Below are positions 50,501 to 57,068 of a DNA stretch of 64,000 nucleotides, in pieces. This DNA comes from a bacterium (GTDB taxonomy: Bacteria > Patescibacteriota > Minisyncoccia > Minisyncoccales > GWA2-46-15): positions 19,202 through 83,201 of the forward strand of contig JAUYCZ010000028.1 in assembly GCA_030704795.1 (NCBI GenBank), written 5' to 3'. The notes beneath the pieces were generated by a model. The model was not told the DNA's origin. It did no database searches and was given only the letters and a program-made list of their open reading frames with translations. Made by a program: the position numbers and the translations under genes. How positions within the stretch are numbered: the first letter of the stretch is position 1; each line of letters starts with the position of its first letter.

Positions 50501-53500
50501 TTGTCTTTTGGCATAGACCCAATTAACTTTGTAAAGTCGCAGATTAACATTACTAACTTTCTGGGGTTGGCCCTGGAGATCCAGAGACTTAATCTTGAGA
50601 TTGACTTCCTCGTTTTTTCCGACAAAATATTTGTCCGAGTTGATTCCAAGGTAAAACTCTCCGGCGTGCAAGATAAAAGATTTCTGGGCGGAAACGCTTT
50701 GTCCTTGGGGATTGGTAATGGTAACATCAACGACAACGATTTTACTTTGCGGGCTTTCATTGGCACTCGAAACCTTGGCGATATCGAGGGGTTGGGAGAT
50801 TCTCGCTTGGCCCCGAACTAACTCTGCTTTTCCCCGGAACAAGAATCGGTCACCGTAATAGTAGGGTTGCCAGTAATCTCTTTCCGGGCCAAATCTCAAA
50901 TATTCATCTGAGTAACGATCAAAATAATAGTTCTGGCTGCTAAAGGAATAACTAATCTCGCCTCCCTCCAGGGGTACGCCAAAGTAATAATTGGCATCGA
51001 CCGTCAGATTAACCACGTCTTTAGAAACATATTCTCCCTTGTCGCTGCTTAATTTGACTTCAAAAGGAGAAGGTTGGTATTCTTGAACGTCAACAAAAGT
51101 ACAATTAGAGTCGTCCGCGCAAATCCGGTATTCTCCGAGAGGGGCGTTCTTGTCAAGTAAGAGCTTGGCGTTGAAGGTACCGAATTCGTTCACCGCTAAA
51201 CTCTGGTTCAGCATTTCCTCACTCCGTGAGTTATAAGCTTTGAGATTGATGTTTTTGTCCCGGTAGATTTCATAATTTCCATCGTAGCCCAGACGGAAAA
51301 CCCCTTTAATAAAGACTTCTTGGGCCGGCCGATAGATGGGCTTGTCCGTGTAGAGATAAATCTTTTTGGCGGTCGCGGCACTGCTTACCCAATCCAGCTG
51401 GTTTTCCCAGGGCGGGATAACCGTGCTGTCTTCGCCGTGGCTGACGATCGCCCCCTGCAGATTATCCACGACCTTAGTTAAAGCCACTCCTTCTTCATTG
51501 CTGAAGAAGGTGCCGACGGAATTAAGATTTTTTCCCTGAAAAAGTCTGACTTTGGCTTGATTAATCGGAGCCAGGCTGCTCAAGTCCGTAATCCAATAGA
51601 GATTGCGCAATTCCGCCAGACTCTCTTCGGTCAGGGGCTGGGCCGAGCCATAGAAAGCTGTTTCGGGCCGAATCTTCTTTTCGGCCACCGCTAAATTGGT
51701 GACGTTGAGATAGGTTCTTTCAAAGACCGGTCTTTGGCTTTGATAACCACTCTCGCTCCAGTGAGTGGTTTTGTAATCGGGGTGAGAGAAAGTTAGAACA
51801 TAATAACCCAGAGGATTTTCAAAATAATCCTTAATGTCGACTCTAAAGTAGTTTTTTCCCCAGAACTTATGCGGCAACTCAATGGTTTTGGTCGTTCGTT
51901 CTTGGCAACCGCCCATGGTTTGGGGTGGATCAAATAAATTGGGTTTTTGTCCGAGATAATAGAGGAAGCCGAGAGAGTCGAGTTTGCAAATATCCATCTG
52001 GACATATGCCATGTTTTGGGCCGCATAGGCCAGCTTAGTTTTTGTCGGAGAAGTGACATTATAGGTTTTCTGAAAATGATAGAAATTCAGATCTTCCGGA
52101 GGTATTGGCCCCGTTGTGAAGTTCAATGACGGCTCGGTTTTCTGGCCAAAGAGATCCTCGGCTTTAAGTTGGAGCTGATAGTGAGATCGGGGCATTAAGC
52201 CATAGCCAATATTGGTATGGAATTCATTCAGCCCGCATTTTTCTCCAGAGTAAAAATAGTTGACCCGATAAGAAGGCCACCAATAGTTTAGGGTGTAATC
52301 TAGATCAGCCTTCAGGTATTCTTTTAAGTCTTTTGTCTCGGGAGCCAAGAGCGGCGAATTAGAACAGATAACCAACTCTTTGACGCTGGCTTCCTCGGCG
52401 TTGTTGGCCGGAGAGGTGCTTAAGATTTTGAGCTGAGGATAGGCGACAACGTTCTGCCGGATCGGCTCCCGGTTAATAGTTAGGCCCCGGGAGTTGACGA
52501 TTCTTTCAAAAACAATTTCGAAAGTTTCGCCCAAACCGATCTGGTCCGCTTTAAAGGAAATGATCAAGGCCTTCCGGTTAATTATTTTTTCACAATCGTA
52601 CTCGCTATAAATGGCTTCTTCCTCGTCCCGACACTTTTCTCCATAGACGATGTTTTCTAATTTAGGAACGTTGATGCGCGATTGGTCCAAATTAACCTCT
52701 TCATAGAAGCTGACCACCAGTTTGCCCTGGGGATCAAAAAAACCAGGGTCAGCATAACTCGTTCTCTCTGAACTGGCGGAGACGCTCTGGACAATATTGG
52801 GGATTGAGACATCGGTCTGCCCGCCTTCTTCCAGGGCGATGTCCCCTTCCAGCGGATAAGCCCTGTTGATTCTCAAAGAATAACTTTGGTTAAAGTTCCA
52901 GAACCTTTCTCGGCCAAAACGATCTTTCTGGTTATAAACCAAAATAGTCGAGAGGTTTTCTTCCTTTTGGTCTTTGGCCGAAGAGGGTTTTGTCCGGGCA
53001 AAAGGCCTTAAGAGAAAATTGCCCCAGTCTTTTAAAGTCTTGAGGACGGCTTTCTGGCCGGCGCCGTTTTCGTTCTGGTATTCGGCAATAAAAGAAATGG
53101 GTCGGCCCGTCGCGTTATCGATTAAGGAAATCTCTCCTCGGGTTTTGTCCAGGTTAACCGGCTGATTAAAGCGAATGGCCACGGCTTGGTCATAAAGAAT
53201 CTGTTCTCGGGAAATATCAACGTACCTTAGTCTTCTGGTAATAAAATCATTAGTGACGGGTTTGACCTCTAGGCCATCCAGAGAGACAAAGCCCGCTTTG
53301 ATCCTGACTTGGTAGTTTGAAGCTCTTAAAAGTCTCTCCTGGGGAATAAACTGAAGATTTCGAGTGGTAATCCATTTAAAACGGCCCGGGGTTTGGGGAC
53401 TGATTTCTACGGGTACGTTTTTTTCTTCTAAATAGCCCAGTGTTGTCAAGGGAACCATCGGTCGGTTGAAGACAATGGTAATCTCAGAGTTTTCCGGCGT

Positions 53501-53980
53501 TTCTGATCCTTGGCTCGGAAAGACGCCGATAATCTCGGGGTTCTCAACGGCCAAAAAGTCTTGGCGGATCTTTCCTTCGCCTCCGGCCAGGGCCAATTCC
53601 ACCTCATAGTGTCGGTTTAAGTTTAGTTCCGACTTTGGCTTAAAATAGACTATGTTTTCATTCTCTGGACTCACCGCCGACAAAAGCGAGGCCAAGACAT
53701 TCGCCCTTTTGCTTTCCTGTCCGAGCCACTTTCCTTCGATTTCCGGCTGAAAGCGAATATTTTTTTGAGCCGAGCTTCTATCTACATTCGGCGGCAAGAA
53801 GACCGGAATGGCCGCCGATTGAGAAACTTTTTCCGGAACCAAGCGATAACTCTCCTGATAGGTTTGGGGCAGCTTTTTTGGCGCCAAATAGAAATAAAAA
53901 ATAATAGTTCCTATAACTAAAACCGCTAAAAGAATGGTTTTTTTCTGTTGTCTCAGAAATTCTTGAATTTGGGACGCCAT
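47507..53980 (-). CDS. Bacterial alpha-2-macroglobulin family protein (2157 aa), thioester Cys absent
   Basis: N-terminal TM anchor and long MG-domain-like repeats. LIQYPYAGSEQ sits where the family has YPYGCxEQ (49007-49021), about 500 aa from the C-terminus, as in characterised homologs. Confidence 0.8.
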   Translation of the reverse strand: MASQIQEFLRQQKKTILLAVLVIGTIIFYFYLAPKKLPQTYQESYRLVPEKVSQSAAIPVFLPPNVDRSSAQKNIRFQPEIEGKWLGQESKRANVLASLLSAVSPENENIVYFKPKSELNLNRHYEVELALAGGEGKIRQDFLAVENPEIIGVFPSQGSETPENSEITIVFNRPMVPLTTLGYLEEKNVPVEISPQTPGRFKWITTRNLQFIPQERLLRASNYQVRIKAGFVSLDGLEVKPVTNDFITRRLRYVDISREQILYDQAVAIRFNQPVNLDKTRGEISLIDNATGRPISFIAEYQNENGAGQKAVLKTLKDWGNFLLRPFARTKPSSAKDQKEENLSTILVYNQKDRFGRERFWNFNQSYSLRINRAYPLEGDIALEEGGQTDVSIPNIVQSVSASSERTSYADPGFFDPQGKLVVSFYEEVNLDQSRINVPKLENIVYGEKCRDEEEAIYSEYDCEKIINRKALIISFKADQIGLGETFEIVFERIVNSRGLTINREPIRQNVVAYPQLKILSTSPANNAEEASVKELVICSNSPLLAPETKDLKEYLKADLDYTLNYWWPSYRVNYFYSGEKCGLNEFHTNIGYGLMPRSHYQLQLKAEDLFGQKTEPSLNFTTGPIPPEDLNFYHFQKTYNVTSPTKTKLAYAAQNMAYVQMDICKLDSLGFLYYLGQKPNLFDPPQTMGGCQERTTKTIELPHKFWGKNYFRVDIKDYFENPLGYYVLTFSHPDYKTTHWSESGYQSQRPVFERTYLNVTNLAVAEKKIRPETAFYGSAQPLTEESLAELRNLYWITDLSSLAPINQAKVRLFQGKNLNSVGTFFSNEEGVALTKVVDNLQGAIVSHGEDSTVIPPWENQLDWVSSAATAKKIYLYTDKPIYRPAQEVFIKGVFRLGYDGNYEIYRDKNINLKAYNSRSEEMLNQSLAVNEFGTFNAKLLLDKNAPLGEYRICADDSNCTFVDVQEYQPSPFEVKLSSDKGEYVSKDVVNLTVDANYYFGVPLEGGEISYSFSSQNYYFDRYSDEYLRFGPERDYWQPYYYGDRFLFRGKAELVRGQARISQPLDIAKVSSANESPQSKIVVVDVTITNPQGQSVSAQKSFILHAGEFYLGINSDKYFVGKNEEVNLKIKSLDLQGQPQKVSNVNLRLYKVNWVYAKRQEATGGYSYKWEKRREEVNQYSFATNSQGEYIQPLKMPREGEYEAEVFARDSKENLVTSTYGLYVWGEGQVSVRPTEGTNLEVKPEKTDLEVGQQGSLIIKSPFKNAKALISIERGRIFDYQIKEIEGSLYKFNFEIKEEYVPNVFVSVLLQSSSPEIKFGKAEFKINTKTKELEISVKPNKTSFLPGEEVILDIEAKDAQGKGVSSELSVAVVDLSVLALKGNPQKNPLVFFYGGFPLTVSASSNLKNILVETEISKTKGGSGRSDEALSKRARGVFRETALWEGSLKTGEDGRAQIRFALPDNLTTWQAETLGVTKDTKLGINYQEFMTKKELMIVPLKPRFIVPGDQFFVGAKIFNQSSENQKLEVSFESPTLLLKGDNAKKQIRIDKNETQTVYFEAQAPEQMESGEHRFVLSAKNGDLEDTVIQYIKITPNNTYETTSTASYATDKVIKEYVFLPENVVKEKGDLRVNSSATLAVFLSDALNYLIQYPYAGSEQIAARLKAIAIVKKGLNLPNLGDKFQLEKVKYDGREYSIDELVEIGLAQLYNNQRDDGGFAFWRGGGSSFYATLSAVEALQNLSLAGFRINQNSLERAANYLNQEITSQDYLYRDENNVILAASALSQLPDWPSRTVLKQKVTEIARNDLFIKERSSNTSLAYLAILMSERSGDFPVALKQKIFETLNNRVDIDSRGAFLEPNQNRLWYYYETPIKDTALYLKALSKDQSENPFLDKVVRWILNSREKDGAWGSTNNTLQVVDAFTDYLNWKKETESDFSLSLQVNDNPADNFRFEPRTILDQFKKLIPLKELKFNENNLVKFIKEDLNSSNNGFYYDLVLKYYLPADQIAPRDEGFSITRSFYRLDDAKNEKPVVEAKTGDVLRVNLQITVPKSRHFVAVEDYIPAGLEIVNLDLATEQKSLRLQEKELTNSEFQPSFKELRDDQAFLFTENLEPGVYEFDYYVRAMAKGNFIHLPARAYEMYFPENFGRTAGSYFVVR

Positions 53981-53999
53981 AATTTTTAAAAATTGAAAA

Positions 54000-55004
54000 T
54001 TATAGATTAAGGTATTTTACCTTTTTAATGTTGTGTTCTTCAAGGGTCCGGCTGAAAAGAGTCTGACCCGCGGGGGTTGAAAGATAGTACCAGTAGAGGC
54101 TGTCGGTCGGGTAAATGGCGGCGACAATACTGTCGAGGCCGGGATTGGCAATCGGTCCCGGCGGCAGGCCGGCATATCTATAAGTATTGTACGGCGAATC
54201 AATTTTGGTTTGTTCGTAGGTGACTCGGTCCGGCTTTGTCCCCAAAGCATAGATGATCGTCGCGTCCACTTGGAGCCGCATGCCGACTCTTAATCTTTTC
54301 CAGAGAATACCGGAAACCAATTTTTTCTCTTCCAGGGTTTTCACTTCTTCTTCTATGAGAGAGGCCATGGTAATAATCTCAAAAATAGTTTTTTTCTGTT
54401 TTTCGATTTCCGTTCGCAGTTCGGGCGTCAACTTATCGCCAAGATTTTTCAGCATATTGGCGATCAGATCTTCGGCCGTTCCCCCATTTTCCAGCTCGTA
54501 GGTGTCCGGAAAGAGATAGCCTTCCAGGCCGGCTCTGGCCGGCTTGTCTTTCAGAAAGCCGAATTCCGCCGAGTAGTCGCGACTGGCGGCGGTCAAAAAC
54601 TGCTGCCTCTTGAACAAGCCCCGGACATTTAAGTAAGAATCGATTTCTTTCAGGTTCCAGCCCTCGGGAATGGTAACGGTTTGTTTGACGACATCGCCCC
54701 GAATCAACTTCTTCGCGATTCCCAGCGGCGTCATTTCCGAAGAAAGATAATAATCGCCGGCCTGAAGGTGCTTGACGCTGTTCAAAAAAATAACGGCGGC
54801 GTCGAAAAAAAGCTGGTTCTTCACTAGTTTCTCTTTTTCTAAATTAGCAGCGATTTCAAAAGCTCCTTCACCCCTTCTTACCGAAAAAAGCTTTTCTTGG
54901 CTGTCGCCGATTTTGGCCGGAGAGTTAACCTCGTTAACAACTATCCCGACAGCGCTTCCGATCGCAACGCCGACAATTAAAATTTCTAGGATTCTTTTTT
55001 TCAT
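54000..55004 (-). CDS. mltG: Endolytic murein transglycosylase MltG (YceG-like)
   Basis: N-terminal TM segment, LASLIEEE and SPYNTYRYAGLPPGPIANPG. Confidence 0.85.
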   Translation of the reverse strand: MKKRILEILIVGVAIGSAVGIVVNEVNSPAKIGDSQEKLFSVRRGEGAFEIAANLEKEKLVKNQLFFDAAVIFLNSVKHLQAGDYYLSSEMTPLGIAKKLIRGDVVKQTVTIPEGWNLKEIDSYLNVRGLFKRQQFLTAASRDYSAEFGFLKDKPARAGLEGYLFPDTYELENGGTAEDLIANMLKNLGDKLTPELRTEIEKQKKTIFEIITMASLIEEEVKTLEEKKLVSGILWKRLRVGMRLQVDATIIYALGTKPDRVTYEQTKIDSPYNTYRYAGLPPGPIANPGLDSIVAAIYPTDSLYWYYLSTPAGQTLFSRTLEEHNIKKVKYLNL

Positions 55005-55009
55005 AATAA

Positions 55010-55029
55010 GTCGGACATCGCATGTCCGA
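55010..55029. repeat. Second copy of hairpin GTCGGACATCGCATGTCCGA
   Basis: 20 of 20 nt identical to 25420-25439. Lies between the pcm stop and the mltG start. Confidence 0.85.
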
Positions 55030-55656
55030 TCATTTATTTATTAAAGGTACAAAAATGAATCCTGGATATTCGCGTTTTTCGAATTCGTTTTCGCTCTTTT
55101 TGGTGAATAACCAAATTGAGTTTTGGATCGGCGTCACGATCCGGCCGCCGATTTTCAGTTGCTTTTTCCAAGCCCGGGGCAGTTTTTCAGTCTCATCTTG
55201 AAAGCTAGCCGAAACAAGAATCTTGTCGTACGGCGCTTCTTTCTCGTACCCCTTTGATCCGTCAGCACAAATAATATTGACTATCCCCTTTTGGACAAAG
55301 CCATATTTATCGACATTTTTTATGCCGAATTGGGCTAACTCCGGCACGATTTCCATTCCGATAACTTTGCCCTTTAGCCCGACAATCTCGGCTAGTAATG
55401 CTGTCGTATAGCCGGACCCCGAGCCGATGTCCAATATTTTTTGGCCCGGCTCCGGTTGCAGCAATTCCAGCATAAAAACCACCACCAAGGGTTGCGAAAT
55501 AGTTTGTTCGTGTCCGATGGTCAGAGCTTCGTCGAGCTCGGCCAAGTCCTTGAGATCTTCCGGAAGGAAATCAACCCGTTTGATTTTGCGGAAAGCTTCA
55601 ATTATCCGCGGCGTTTTAAGCCAGTCCTGGGAAATAAGCGAGTCAATTAAATCCAT
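55030..55656 (-). CDS. pcm: Protein-L-isoaspartate O-methyltransferase
   Basis: TISQPLVV and the SAM motif ILDIGSGSGYTTALLA. Confidence 0.85.
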   Translation of the reverse strand: MDLIDSLISQDWLKTPRIIEAFRKIKRVDFLPEDLKDLAELDEALTIGHEQTISQPLVVVFMLELLQPEPGQKILDIGSGSGYTTALLAEIVGLKGKVIGMEIVPELAQFGIKNVDKYGFVQKGIVNIICADGSKGYEKEAPYDKILVSASFQDETEKLPRAWKKQLKIGGRIVTPIQNSIWLFTKKSENEFEKREYPGFIFVPLINK

Positions 55657-55664
55657 TAGTCGTT

Positions 55665-55690
55665 GGTATGCTGCTACGTAGCAGCATACC
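55665..55690. repeat. Perfect 26-nt palindrome spanning the def stop codon
   Basis: GGTATGCTGCTAC/GTAGCAGCATACC. It encodes the def tail RYAAT*. Confidence 0.8.
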
Positions 55691-56207
55691 GGGAGTTAAG
55701 TTTTCTTTTTACTCTTAATTTTTCAAAAAAGCCTAATCTCTCAAAAAACAATATGCCATCAAGGTGGTCGATTTCGTGCTGGAAGATACGGGCCAGAAAT
55801 CCCTCCGCTTTAAATTCGATTTCCTGACCCTCTTCATTAATGGCTTTTACCTCAACCCATGTCGGCCTTTTTATCTCTAACCAAAGCCCGGGCAGGCTCA
55901 GGCAGCCTTCTTTGCCAATCTCCTTTTCCTTGCTCAATTTCAAAATCCTGGGGTTGATAAATCCCTTAAGACCTTTTTTAGTCAAAACAACAATTACTCT
56001 TTTTAAAATTCCGACCTGATTGCCTGCCAACCCTACTCCCTTGACTTTGCCTTCTCCATTCGCCCGCTGGCTCAGGACAGGTTTTTCTTCCGTCATAGTT
56101 TCTTTCATTTGCAGAATCAATTCTTTGATTTCCGGAGTCATCTTTTCAATCTCCTCGGCTTTTTGCTTTAAAATCGAGTCGGGATAGATTCTAATTTCCA
56201 GTTTCAT
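55674..56207 (-). CDS. def: Peptide deformylase
   Basis: Motifs GVGLAGNQVG, EGCLSLPG and HEIDHLDG. ATG at 56207. Confidence 0.9.
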   Translation of the reverse strand: MKLEIRIYPDSILKQKAEEIEKMTPEIKELILQMKETMTEEKPVLSQRANGEGKVKGVGLAGNQVGILKRVIVVLTKKGLKGFINPRILKLSKEKEIGKEGCLSLPGLWLEIKRPTWVEVKAINEEGQEIEFKAEGFLARIFQHEIDHLDGILFFERLGFFEKLRVKRKLNSRYAAT

Positions 56208-56242
56208 TTTACTTTTTTGCAAAGCGAAAAAGCTAAGCTTGC

Positions 56243-57061
56243 TTATTTAATAAATTGTCTTCCCCACCAGAAGGTAACTATATAAATAGCCGGCAGGGCA
56301 ACAACACTTATATACCATACTGCGCGCCCAAATCTTGGACCGCCGAATTCGGCTAGGCGCACGAGAAGCACGAAAGACAAAAACCAGCCGACGAGGAGCC
56401 CGGCGCCGGGCCACTCCGGATGTACAAGTTCTCTGCCTCCGCCGACTTTATACCATTTTACCCACCCGCCCCACTTCATAATAAAAACGTGGAGAAGGAT
56501 GAGAATAAAGGCAAGGCGTACGCCCCAGTATTGCCACTGCCACCACCTTTCTCTACCGATGGCCGCCATGGCACGGTCATTAGAGATGAAAAAAATAACA
56601 ACCAGAACGATGGTAGCCGCGAGACCAAAAACAAAAGGCCAATTAAGCGTTCCTAAAGATCCCGATAAGGGAAATTTTGACGGCAGAAAAAAAAGAGAGA
56701 CAATTCCATGGGTAAGAGCAAGAAAAAAAGCGGCGATTCCCAGTTCTTTTCGGTATTGAACATAGCGATCAGGGAAAGAAAAAAAGCGGCTTAATGGGCC
56801 GATGAGAAGAACAATGCCCAGAAGCACTGCGGCGACACCGGCAAAAACTTTGTTGGCGATATAAAGATCGTAATAGCCGCGGCGGAAAAAAAGATATACT
56901 GATAAGATCGCAAACAGAACCGCGGCCGCCACCAATGCCGCGCCGTACTGCTGAAATTGATATTTCCAATTTCGAGCGAAGCGAGAAACAAGGTTCTCGC
57001 CGAAGGCAAGGTTCTTATTTCGAGCGAAGCGAGAAACAAAGTTCTTATTTCGTAGATTCAC
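56243..57061 (-). CDS. Ferric-reductase-like / MsrQ (YedZ)-like heme-binding membrane protein, start uncertain
   Basis: Six TM segments with conserved His (LALTHGIVSLFF, ILLHVFIM). There is no internal ATG. GTG at about 57061 or the track start at 57130 are the options. Confidence 0.45.
   Translation of the reverse strand: MNLRNKNFVSRFARNKNLAFGENLVSRFARNWKYQFQQYGAALVAAAVLFAILSVYLFFRRGYYDLYIANKVFAGVAAVLLGIVLLIGPLSRFFSFPDRYVQYRKELGIAAFFLALTHGIVSLFFLPSKFPLSGSLGTLNWPFVFGLAATIVLVVIFFISNDRAMAAIGRERWWQWQYWGVRLAFILILLHVFIMKWGGWVKWYKVGGGRELVHPEWPGAGLLVGWFLSFVLLVRLAEFGGPRFGRAVWYISVVALPAIYIVTFWWGRQFIK
56969..57045. repeat. Family-3 repeat, two 29-bp copies with a 48-bp period, in frame in the CDS
   Basis: ATTTCGAGCGAAGCGAGAAACAAGGTTCT (56969-97) and ATTTCGAGCGAAGCGAGAAACAAAGTTCT (57017-45). 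They encode VSRFARN twice. Confidence 0.85.
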
Positions 57062-57068
57062 GAAAACA

